Positions 1 to 8,676 of a stretch of DNA of 64,000 nucleotides are shown one piece after another. Origin of the DNA: an uncultured delta proteobacterium (lineage in GTDB: Bacteria; Myxococcota; Myxococcia; Myxococcales; Myxococcaceae); contig CAVYSY010000040.1 of NCBI GenBank assembly GCA_963771175.1, positions 32,001 to 96,000 on the forward strand. Direction: 5' to 3'. A program made the position numbers and the translations under genes. Under the pieces are notes generated by a model that was not told the origin of the DNA, did no database searches, and saw only the letters and a program-made list of their open reading frames with translations. Position 1 is the stretch's first letter. The number at the start of each line of letters is the position of its first letter.

Positions 1-357
1 ATCCGCACCCTGCGGCGGCTGGGCGACGTGTCCCTGTACCAGGCCGGGTTCTTCTCGGGCTCGCTGCGCGAGGGGCCGGTGGGGCAGGACTACTACATCC
101 AGATGGGCGGGGCGGCGTACTCGCAGGTGGCCGACCTGGCGCCCGCCGCGGGCTTCGCCGCCGTGTACCGGGAGCTGTGCGCGAAGTTCCGCGCCCTGGT
201 GGACGTGCTGGAGGAGATCGCCGCGCGCGGGCTGGTGCGCAACGGCGCCTCGGGCGCGCTCAAGGTGTACGAGTCGTGGGCCCGCACGGGCAACGACCGG
301 CTGGAGCAGGTGCTGGTGGACGCCGGAATGGTGACGCCCAAGGGCATGCGGAACTGA
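1..357 (+). CDS. Conserved hypothetical protein, 5' end outside the window
   Basis: Frame 1 is open from base 1 (IRTLRRLGDVSLYQAGFFSGSL...DYYIQMGGAAY) to TGA 355-357, with strong GC3 bias. Confidence 0.75.
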   Translation: MRTLRRLGDVSLYQAGFFSGSLREGPVGQDYYIQMGGAAYSQVADLAPAAGFAAVYRELCAKFRALVDVLEEIAARGLVRNGASGALKVYESWARTGNDRLEQVLVDAGMVTPKGMRN

Positions 358-374
358 GCGGTGGGAGGTGGTGG

Positions 375-1016
375 ATGGTCGGTCGTGTGCAGGCGCACCT
401 GGAAGCCATCTACGGGATTACCTGCGCCGCGCGGGCGGAGGGCTTCATGGTGGACACGGAGGCCGCCGTGCTGCTCGGCGCCACCGGGCGCTCGGACGAG
501 GAGCTGCTCGTCCTCGAGGGGGAGGAGGAGCTGGAGCTCGCCCTGTACCTGGCGCCCGGACTGCTGCGCCGCCTCCAGCCCTATGAGAGCGGTCCCGTCC
601 ACTCGCTGCTGGAGCGCGAGCTGGACGGCTTCTGCCAGCTCGCCGAGGGCGTCTCCCACTTCGTCTATGTGACGCACACGGCCGTACATGGTCGTACCGT
701 GTCGCTGCTGGAGCTGGAGGCCCAGGCGGAGGTGGACAAGTTCGCCCTGTGCCTGCTGCACCGGTGGGGGGACGGGGTGGGGGCGTGGGCGGAGGAGCTG
801 CTGCGGAGGCTGTTCGACCGGGTGTCCTACCGGGCGAAGCTGTCCGAGGCGGAGCGCTGGCGGTACGAGGAGGCCAACCGCCTGTCCCGGAACTTCTGTG
901 GCCGGCTGATGGGGCACGTCACGGGCCGGCGGCTGGAGCGCCTCCTGACGGACTTGCGTTACGCTTACCGATTGGGCGCGGAAGCCAAGCTGCGCCACTT
1001 CGCGCAAGTCTCCTGA
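375..1016 (+). CDS. Conserved hypothetical protein, possibly zincin-like (EGVSH...ELEAQAEVDK)
   Basis: ATG 375 follows GGAGG; in frame with ORF 177..1016; GC3-biased codons. Confidence 0.75.
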   Translation: MVGRVQAHLEAIYGITCAARAEGFMVDTEAAVLLGATGRSDEELLVLEGEEELELALYLAPGLLRRLQPYESGPVHSLLERELDGFCQLAEGVSHFVYVTHTAVHGRTVSLLELEAQAEVDKFALCLLHRWGDGVGAWAEELLRRLFDRVSYRAKLSEAERWRYEEANRLSRNFCGRLMGHVTGRRLERLLTDLRYAYRLGAEAKLRHFAQVS

Positions 1017-1051
1017 ACGCGACGCCCGACATTCGGTTACCTTCCTGGCAT

Positions 1052-1531
1052 ATGCCGCGTGAGGCGTCCGCCGGAGGAGTCGTCATCCGAGAACAGGGGG
1101 GCGAGCTGGAGGTGGCCGTCATCCGGCCCCACGGCCGCTCCCTGTGGGCGCTTCCGAAGGGACATGTCGACCCTGGGGAGACTCCCGAGCAGACGGCTGT
1201 CCGCGAGGTGTGGGAGGAGACGGGCCTGCGGGCCTCGCTCGTCGCGCCCCTGGGGGAGATCCGCTACGTCTACCAGTTCCGGGGGCAGCGCATCTTCAAG
1301 CGCGTCCACTTCTTCCTCTTCCGCCACGAGTCCGGCGTGCTGGGAGACATCCAGCACGAGGGGCACCGGGTGGAGGTGGACGAGACGCGCTGGATACCGC
1401 TGAGCCGGGCGGCGGCCCTGCTGGGCTACAAGGGTGAGAAGGCCATCGCCGCGCGCGCGGCCAGGATGCTGCTGCGCGCGGGGGCCACGCTCGTCCTCTC
1501 CGCGGTGCGCACGGAGGGGACGGGCGACTAG
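1052..1531 (+). CDS. NUDIX hydrolase (Ap4A/Ndx1-like)
   Basis: SAGGVV and Nudix box LPKGHVDPGETPEQTAVREVWEETGL. Confidence 0.92.
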   Translation: MPREASAGGVVIREQGGELEVAVIRPHGRSLWALPKGHVDPGETPEQTAVREVWEETGLRASLVAPLGEIRYVYQFRGQRIFKRVHFFLFRHESGVLGDIQHEGHRVEVDETRWIPLSRAAALLGYKGEKAIAARAARMLLRAGATLVLSAVRTEGTGD

Positions 1532-1536
1532 CTCGA

Positions 1537-1788
1537 CTAGAGGGAGTTGGCCTTCGACGCCTTCTCCTCGGAGTACTTGCCGGTGAGGGCCTCGCGCACG
1601 TCGCGGTCGAACTTCACGTGGCCGGTGGCGACCTCGCGCAGCGACAGCACGGGCGGCTTGTTCTTGGAGACCTCGATGATCGGGCGGGCGCCGGCCATGA
1701 GCTGACGGGCGCGCTTGGCCGCCAGCAGCACGAGCGCGAAGCGGTTGTCGACCTGGGGGAGGCAGTCTTCGACTGTGACGCGAGCCAT
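1537..1788 (-). CDS. rpoZ: RNA polymerase subunit omega
   Basis: [28 protein letters not shown]...[12 protein letters not shown]. Confidence 0.97.
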   Translation of the reverse strand: MARVTVEDCLPQVDNRFALVLLAAKRARQLMAGARPIIEVSKNKPPVLSLREVATGHVKFDRDVREALTGKYSEEKASKANSL

Positions 1789-1826
1789 GGTGAAGGATCC
1801 TTCGCTGAAGCTGAATGAAAGGGCTG

Positions 1827-1855
1827 AACCTAAAGAGGGACCCCTACCGAGTCAA
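1827..1855 (-). promoter_or_regulatory. Sigma70-like promoter for rpoZ
   Basis: Minus strand TTGACT-17 nt-TAGGTT about 40 nt upstream of the rpoZ ATG. Confidence 0.55.
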
Positions 1856-1995
1856 GGTAAGGATCACGCAGGGGAGCCGAAGACGGGACGGGGGCGCTGA
1901 GGCTCGTTCGCTCCCGTGCTGACCTGCTCAATTCAATCTATTGGAGGTCCAAGGAGAGTCTCCAGGTGAACGAGCGGTCCGCCGCGCTGGTGCGC

Positions 1996-2958
1996 TCACT
2001 GCTCCAGCGCGGACACGTCCGGACAGGCGGAGGCCTTGCCCACCTCGGTCGTCTCCCAGCTCCGCTTCACGTACGTGACGCGGAAGCTGGCATCCCAGCA
2101 CTCGACATGGGTGGCGGTGTAGCCCGCGGGCACGTCTCCCCCCGTCACCGCCATGAGCCCCACGCCTCCCCGATCCTTCGTCCACCGACTGATGACGGCC
2201 AGCTTCTCCGTCTTTCCTCCGGGGAGGATGTCGGTGTCCTCGAGCACGAAGCCCATCTCCCCCAGGCCTCCGGGAATCTCCCGGTAGGAATAGAAGGCCT
2301 CGGACGCGGTCTGGGTGGAGGCGGGCACGAAGCGCATCCGCACGCCGATGGGCAGCGCGCGCGTCTGATAGGCGATCTCCAGGAGGTCCAGGTTCGCGAG
2401 CCCACCCACGTCGAACCCGTGGGCCTTCGTCTCCGCGACCCGGAGCCTCACCGCGCCCTCTCCCTTGCGCAGCCCGCCGTCCGCGCGGAAGGTGCCCTCC
2501 ACCGCCGTCCACCACGCCTCCTCGCCGGAGCGCTCGGGGCGGAACTGGAGCTGGTAGTCGAAGCGCTCGGCCTCGCGCTTCATGGCGAAGCGCACCTCGT
2601 GGCCGGGATGGCTCGAGTCCGGCCAGGGTCCCCACACGCGGACGTCTGGCGCACGGGTCGTCGGTGTCAGGTCCCGGATGGCCTCCAGCAGGGTGAGCAG
2701 CCCGTCCAGCCCGCCGTTGAACGCGTCCGAGGCCTCGCGCGTGTCCTTGTAGAGCTGGGACAGCTCTCCCACGGCCAGCAGGTCCGCGCGCTGGCGCAGA
2801 CCGCCCGCGCTCACGGAGCCCTCGCTCGCGGGCAGCTTGGAGGTCAGGTCCTCGCGCGTGGGCAGGGCGTTGATGAACTCGAGATCGTCGTTGGAGAAGT
2901 TCCCACCGCACGCGGTGGCGAGGCAGCCCAGGAGGAGGAGCCAGGAGATCCGCATCAC
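1996..2958 (-). CDS. Uncharacterised lipoprotein (paralog of 5915..6908)
   Basis: Lipobox LATAC; GGGAG RBS; shares LPT, LY..TR, NGG, VWGP, SRW, GGD and ECWD motifs with 5915..6908. Confidence 0.8.
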   Translation of the reverse strand: MMRISWLLLLGCLATACGGNFSNDDLEFINALPTREDLTSKLPASEGSVSAGGLRQRADLLAVGELSQLYKDTREASDAFNGGLDGLLTLLEAIRDLTPTTRAPDVRVWGPWPDSSHPGHEVRFAMKREAERFDYQLQFRPERSGEEAWWTAVEGTFRADGGLRKGEGAVRLRVAETKAHGFDVGGLANLDLLEIAYQTRALPIGVRMRFVPASTQTASEAFYSYREIPGGLGEMGFVLEDTDILPGGKTEKLAVISRWTKDRGGVGLMAVTGGDVPAGYTATHVECWDASFRVTYVKRSWETTEVGKASACPDVSALEQ

Positions 2959-2968
2959 GCGCTCCCAA

Positions 2969-4586
2969 TCAGAAACGGTACGTCACGAGCGACCCGAGCT
3001 CCCAGTAGCCCAGGGAGCGCTGCGCATCGACGTTGTAGAGGAGGTAGTGGACGCGGGCGCGTCCGGTGAGCTCGAAGTGTTCCGAGAGGCGCCAGCGCAC
3101 GCCGGCCACGAGGCCCGGAGTGAACACCGCGTAGAACTGGTCCGGCAGGCTGGTGTCCTCGAAGTCGCGGCCCATGACGAGGTACGCGAGCCGCACTCCG
3201 ACGAACGGGGACACGTTGCCCAGGGGGAACTCGGCCACCAGGGACGTGCCCAGGTTCAGCAGCGAGTAGCGGTAGCTCGGGCCCGAGAGGGTGGGGAGCT
3301 CCAGGGTGGCCCTGCCGCCCGCCGAAAGCGAGGTCGAAGTCCCAGCGCCAGTCCTCGCGGAAGTAGTGGTGCAGGCCCACCTCCAGGCCCATCAGCGGCG
3401 TGGAGAGGAAGAGGTGCTCGCGGGTGGGGGCGTCGAAGAAGGAGTGGTAGCCGCCGGTGAGCCCGAGCGTCCAGTACGTGCGCGGCCCGCGCTCCCTCGG
3501 GGGCACGCCCTTCACCGGGTCATCCGAGAAGGGTGCATCGCGCAGCCGCGACTCGTCGAGCACCGTGGTGCGCCCGCGCCGGACCTCCGCCTCGCCGATG
3601 CGCAGCCGATCCGCGAGCCGGCGCTTCACCCTGTACGTGCCCGGGGCCAGGGCCACCCGCCGCTCCAGGTCCGCGGCCTTGTCCAGCTCGGCCACCACGG
3701 AGCCGCTCGGGTCCACGAAGTAGTACGCCCCGGGCGGTGCGGTACGCGGCACCAGCAGCCCCTCGTCGCGCAACCGCACGTCCGTCAGCACCAGGTCGCC
3801 ATTGCCGGCGAGGTCGTAGCTGAAGGTGGGGTGCTGGGGCCCGGCGCTGCTGTCCGCGGTGTCCGCCACGGTGCGGGCGTAGGCATGGGAGTAGGCCTCG
3901 AAGAGCGTCACCTGCCCGTCGCCCGAGCGATCCGCATCCCCCATCAGCCCACTGGCCAGGTGGTGGGAGAAGAAGCTGCCTCCGAGCAGGTCTGATTCCT
4001 GCGAGTCCTCGTTCGCGGAGCTGGAGGTGAGGATGACGAGCCCCCGTGCATCGCGCGAGGCGTCCGCGTCGATGGCGAAGGCCGGCGCACGACGAGCCCC
4101 CTTCTCCCGCGTGAGCGCCCCCGAGCGGCACGAGTCCAGGATGGCGATGCGGATGTCCACGGGAGCCGCCGACAGCCGGCGCTTCAGGTCCTCGAACTCG
4201 AGCTGGCTCTTCCCCAACCGCAGCGAGCCGTCCTTCGCATGTCCCGAGTAGTAGATGAGGAGCGCGGTGCGCTCGCCCCGGGCCTGGGCCGCTCGGGAGC
4301 TCGTTTCCAGCTCGGACAGGGCCTGGAGGAAGTCGTCCGCGTCATCATCCAGCAGCAGCCGTGCGTCGCCGGGGTCCACGCCGCCAAGCCGCAGCAGCAG
4401 CGCGTGCATCTTGCGCGCGTCGTCCCGAGCGAAGCGCAGGGGCCGGGTATCCGCGCCGCCCTCGTCGTTGCCCACCACCAGGGCGAACCGGCGCAGCGAG
4501 TCCGCGCGCACGGTCGTCGTCAGCAGCAGCGCCAGGGCGAGCGCCCAGGTCTGGACGGAGGCGCACCTCATGGCGGGCCAGCTCAT
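2969..4586 (-). CDS. Exported caspase-family (C14) protease with a probable C-terminal outer-membrane beta-barrel; one frameshift near 3311
   Basis: Signal peptide; RRFALVVGN; catalytic YYSGHA and ILDSCRSG. An extra G in a G-run joins ORF 2955..4586 to ORF 2969..3238, which ends WELGSLVTYRF. Confidence 0.85.
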
Positions 4587-5338
4587 GGCTTGCGCAGGAG
4601 CCAGTGGCTCTCCTCGCCGTCCACTCCCAGCGAGGAGGGCATGGCCGCCACGTCCCGTCCGGCGGCCTCCCAGGACCGCCGAACCGCGGCCCGAGCCGCC
4701 TCCACCTCCAGCGGCTCCTCGGAGAGCACCACCACCACGCGCTCGAGGCCGGAGCCGGTGAAGTCCACGCTGTCGGGCAGCCAGTGCGTCCCGGCACCCG
4801 GTTCCACGGGCAGGCTCGTTCCCGAGGCGGGGTAGAGCGCCGACACCTCGCCGGCCTCATCCACGGACACCGCGAGCACGTACCGGTGCTCCCCCGCGAC
4901 GTAACCCACCCGCACGCGCTCGCCCGGTGCGAGCGTCTCGGTGGCGCCCGGCTGCGCGGTGCGCTGTGCCAGTCCGTCGCCGCCGATGCGCAGCTCCGCC
5001 GTGGCACCGCCCTTGAGCCGGTTCGTCGGAGGCGAGGAGAGCAGCGGCCGGACCACCACCGCCAGCAGCACCGTGGCCGCCACCGCCACCAGGAAGCCAT
5101 TGAACCGGGGCCGAGCGGGCGCCGCCGATGGCTTGCGCAGGGTGCGCTCCACGCCCGCGGCGAAGCGCTCGAAGGGAACCTCCGCCTCGAAGCGGGCCTG
5201 TTCCGACTCGAGGCCCTTCAGCACCCCGTGACACTCCGCGCACGCGGACACGTGGGCTCGGACCTGCTGGGACTCGGGGCCAGGGAGCTCTCCGGCGTGC
5301 AGCCGACGCAGCGTCCACTCCGACAGGTGCGCGCTCAT
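4583..5338 (-). CDS. Zinc-binding anti-sigma factor (HxxxCxxC) with a TM helix and a DUF4384-like periplasmic domain
   Basis: HVSACAEC motif; TM FLVAVAATVLLAVVV; GERVRVGY...YVLAVSVDEAGEVSALYP; ATGA overlaps with both neighbours. Confidence 0.85.
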   Translation of the reverse strand: MSAHLSEWTLRRLHAGELPGPESQQVRAHVSACAECHGVLKGLESEQARFEAEVPFERFAAGVERTLRKPSAAPARPRFNGFLVAVAATVLLAVVVRPLLSSPPTNRLKGGATAELRIGGDGLAQRTAQPGATETLAPGERVRVGYVAGEHRYVLAVSVDEAGEVSALYPASGTSLPVEPGAGTHWLPDSVDFTGSGLERVVVVLSEEPLEVEAARAAVRRSWEAAGRDVAAMPSSLGVDGEESHWLLRKP

Positions 5339-5874
5339 GGGACTTTCAGCTCCTCGTTCGTCAGGGCGGCGAAGCGCTCCAGCCGCTTGCGCACCGTGGG
5401 CACCGAGCGCCCCAGCACCGCGGCCACCTCTTCCAGCGTCATCCCGTCCACCCAGTAGTGCACCACCGCCGCCTGCGTCTCCACGTCCACCCGCGAGAGG
5501 AGCGAGCGCACCAGCTCCCGCGTCTCCATCGTCTGCTCCCCACCGCTTCCCTCCGGGCGGGACGCCGCGTCCCGCTCGAACCAGCGCCGCCACGGCGCCT
5601 GCTCCGCGCGGAGCTGGTTGAGGCAGTGGTGGGTGGCGATCTTCATCAGCCACGCGAGCGGCGAGACCTCGGCGCGGAACTCATCCGCGTGGGTGAGGGC
5701 GCGAGCGAACACCTCCTGCATCGCGTCCTCGGCCTTCGTGGCGTCCTTCAACAGATAGCGGCAGCGCCCATACACGCTGCCGCCATGGGTCGAGTACAGC
5801 TCACGCAGGAACGCGCGCCGATCCTTCTGACCACCATCGATGACCTTCAGGGCCGGTTGGGTCGTTCCTGCCAC
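5335..5874 (-). CDS. ECF sigma factor
   Basis: Region 2 AEDAMQEVF...WLMKIATHHCLN; region 4 GMTLEEVAAVLGRSVPTVRKRL; GTG start after GAGG. Confidence 0.92.
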   Translation of the reverse strand: MAGTTQPALKVIDGGQKDRRAFLRELYSTHGGSVYGRCRYLLKDATKAEDAMQEVFARALTHADEFRAEVSPLAWLMKIATHHCLNQLRAEQAPWRRWFERDAASRPEGSGGEQTMETRELVRSLLSRVDVETQAAVVHYWVDGMTLEEVAAVLGRSVPTVRKRLERFAALTNEELKVP

Positions 5875-5914
5875 GCACTGCCTCGCATCGCTCCGGGGTG
5901 GTCGCCTCCCGAGC

Positions 5915-6908
5915 TTACAACGAGGAGTAGACCGGCGCGGTGAAGACGCAGTTCGTGGTCTCGGTGCCGTAGCCCACTCGCGGGTCGTAGCTGGCGCGCA
6001 GGTACTGGCTGGCGAAGGCCGTGTCCCAGCACTCGTTGACGGTGGCCTCGCCCACCAGGTCCCCACCCGACAGCTTGACATCCGAGCGGCCCGCCCCGGT
6101 CTCCTGCCAGCGGCTCTTGATGGTGAGGGTCTCCTTCGCGGGGGGTGGAGCCGACCGGCTTGTACCAGTCCTGGGTGAGCTTGAAGTCGAACTCACCGCC
6201 CTGGCTCGGGAGCGCCTTGTAGCCGTAGTTCGCGTCCACGCGCTTGGTGGCGTCGTTGCCGTCCTTCACCTGGACGAAGGCCGCGTCCACGGTGACGGCG
6301 CTCGTCGCGTCCTGGCGCGAGTACTTCACGGTCATGCGGCCCACGTTGTTGTCGTGCTCCGGCAGCGTCTGGGCCTTGTCCCAGTCGAGGGTGAACTCAC
6401 CCTGGCCGAAGCCCTTCATCGGCTCGTCGGCCTCGTTCACCGCGGCGGTGTGGCTGCCGACGATGACGTCCACGAAGGCCGAGTCCGCCGCGTCCTTCGC
6501 CTTGGCCGAGACGGTGTAGCTGTAGGTGTTGTCGCCCGTCTTCTTCACGGTGAGCTTCCAGGTGTTGCGGGCCAGCGCCTCGGTGTGCGGGCCCCACACC
6601 GCGGTGTCCTCGGTCAGCGTGGTGGGCTGGTACTTCGTCACTCCGTCCACCAGTCCCAGCACCGCCAGCGTGCCGCCGTTGACCAGCACCGTGGCCCCAC
6701 GGGTCAGCGTGTACAGGTCGCTCGTCTGGCCCTGCGCGGACTGCTCGCCCACGCTGTCCACCATCAGACCCTGGCCACTCTTCGCCGGCGTCTTCACCTC
6801 CACCATCTCCTTGGTGGGCAGCACGGAGCGGAACTCCTCCTCACGGTCCATGCGGCCACAGCCAGCGAGCATCAGGGCGGCGAACAGCAGGCTCTTGCGC
6901 GTCGTCAT
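5915..6908 (-). CDS. Uncharacterised lipoprotein (paralog of 1996..2958); one frameshift near 6142
   Basis: MTTRKSLLFAALMLAGC lipobox; an extra C in the C-run at 6140-6145 joins it to ORF 5915..6196 (SRW...GGD...ECWD). Confidence 0.8.
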
Positions 6909-7121
6909 CTTTCGTCCTCTCGGGTGATTCCGCCCGGCCCTGTCGGGCCATCGCGGGTCGTTCGCCCGTAGGGACACGGCAGGGGTCGAAAACAGAAAAC
7001 TCGATTTTTCGAGGGCGAAAACCCCCGTGATTCCAAGACCTTGGAGGCCCCCTTGCCTGCCCAGCGGGCATACCGGGCGGGCGTGCCGACGGGAAAAAGC
7101 CCTCGTTCCTAGGTTCTCCGC

Positions 7122-7979
7122 ATGGAAAAGCGACACCCCAACCACCCCGGGGAGATGGGACTCGACGCCTCGCTCGCGGAGCGGCACCGGACGTCGGACG
7201 AGATCAACGCCCGTGGCCGAGCCATCGAGGTGTTGCTGGATGCCGGTGTGCCGTTCCTGGTGGGCGGGGCCTACGCCTACGCCACCTATACGGGCATCTA
7301 TCGGGACACGAAGGACCTGGACCTCTTCCCTCGCAAGCGGGACGCGGAGCGGGCGCTCGTGGAACTGGAGAAGGATGGCTGGCGCACCGAGCGCACCGAC
7401 GAGGTGTGGCTCTACAAGGCCTTCAAGGGCGAGTACTTCGTGGACTTCATCTTCTCGTCCGGCAACGGCGTGGCCTCGGTGGATGACGAGTGGTTCATCC
7501 ACGCGAGGACGGCCTCCATCTTCGGCTACCCCTGCCTCATCTCACCGGCCGAGGAGACGATCTGGTCCAAGGCCTTCGTGAACGAGCGCGAGCGGTACGA
7601 TGGCGCGGATATCAACCACCTCATCCTCAAGGTGGGGAGGGGGATGGACTGGGAGCGGCTGCTGCGGCGCTTCGATCGGTACTGGGAGGTGCTGCTCAGC
7701 CACCTGATGATGTTCCGCTTCGCCTACCCGAGCGAGAGAGATCTGATCCCCACGTGGCTGATGACGGAGCTCATGTCGCGCACGCTGGACACGCTCAAGG
7801 AAGGCAACTGGGACGAGCGACTGTGCCGCGGGAATCTCATCTCGCGGGTGAACTACGTGGTGGACATCCATCACTGGGGCTACGGGGACGGACGCTCCTG
7901 GGATGAGCGAGAGCGAGAGAAGGGGGAGTCACGTGGCGAGGGACGCGAGCTCGAAAATACGGCTGGCGGCGGTCGGTGA
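7122..7979 (+). CDS. Pol-beta superfamily nucleotidyltransferase
   Basis: FLVGGAYA...RDTKDLDLF (GG..DxD) and a third acidic residue in FVDFIF; start codon uncertain. Confidence 0.8.
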   Translation: MEKRHPNHPGEMGLDASLAERHRTSDEINARGRAIEVLLDAGVPFLVGGAYAYATYTGIYRDTKDLDLFPRKRDAERALVELEKDGWRTERTDEVWLYKAFKGEYFVDFIFSSGNGVASVDDEWFIHARTASIFGYPCLISPAEETIWSKAFVNERERYDGADINHLILKVGRGMDWERLLRRFDRYWEVLLSHLMMFRFAYPSERDLIPTWLMTELMSRTLDTLKEGNWDERLCRGNLISRVNYVVDIHHWGYGDGRSWDEREREKGESRGEGRELENTAGGGR

Positions 7980-8667
7980 TCTCCACTGCCGGGATGATCA
8001 GCACGGCCGTTTCCGCCAGCTCGTCAAGCAGGTCAACGCGGAAGCGGACGTGCTGGTGCTCTGTGGGGACCTGACGGATCGCGGGATGATCGAGGAGGCC
8101 AAGGTGCTCGCCGAGGAGCTGTCCGCCGTGCGGGTGCCGATGGCGGCGGTGCTCGGCAATCACGACTACGAGCACAACCAGGCCAAGGAGATCTGCGGCG
8201 AGCTGGCCCGGGTGGGCCTCCACATCCTCGATGGGGACCACTTCATCTTCGAGAAGGTGCTGGGCGTGGCCGGGGTGAAGGGCTTCGGCGGTGGCTTCGG
8301 CAACGCGACGCTGCAGGCCTTCGGCGAGGGGCAGACGAAGGCCTTCGTGCAGGAGGCGGTGCACGAGTCGCTCAAGCTGGAAGCGGCGCTGAGCCACCTC
8401 GACACGCCGAAGAAGGTCGTCATCATGCACTACGCGCCCGTCCCGGACACGTTGGAGGGCGAGAACATCGAGATCCGCCCCTTCCTCGGGACGAGCCGCC
8501 TGGCGATGCCGGTGGACCACTACGGGGCGGAGGCCGTCTTCCACGGGCATGCGCACCACGGCGCGCCCGCTGGGAAGACGAAGAGCGGCATCCCCGTCTA
8601 CAACGTGGCGATGCCGCTCATGACGAAGCTGCACCCTGAGCAGCGCTTCATGCTGTTCGAGGTGTGA
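7933..8667 (+). CDS. Calcineurin-like metallophosphoesterase
   Basis: GDLH, GDLTD, GNHD, MHY and FHGHAH motifs; GTG after GGGGGAG; overlaps the upstream NTase by 47 nt. Confidence 0.9.
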   Translation: MARDASSKIRLAAVGDLHCRDDQHGRFRQLVKQVNAEADVLVLCGDLTDRGMIEEAKVLAEELSAVRVPMAAVLGNHDYEHNQAKEICGELARVGLHILDGDHFIFEKVLGVAGVKGFGGGFGNATLQAFGEGQTKAFVQEAVHESLKLEAALSHLDTPKKVVIMHYAPVPDTLEGENIEIRPFLGTSRLAMPVDHYGAEAVFHGHAHHGAPAGKTKSGIPVYNVAMPLMTKLHPEQRFMLFEV

Positions 8668-8676
8668 GGCGGAGGC

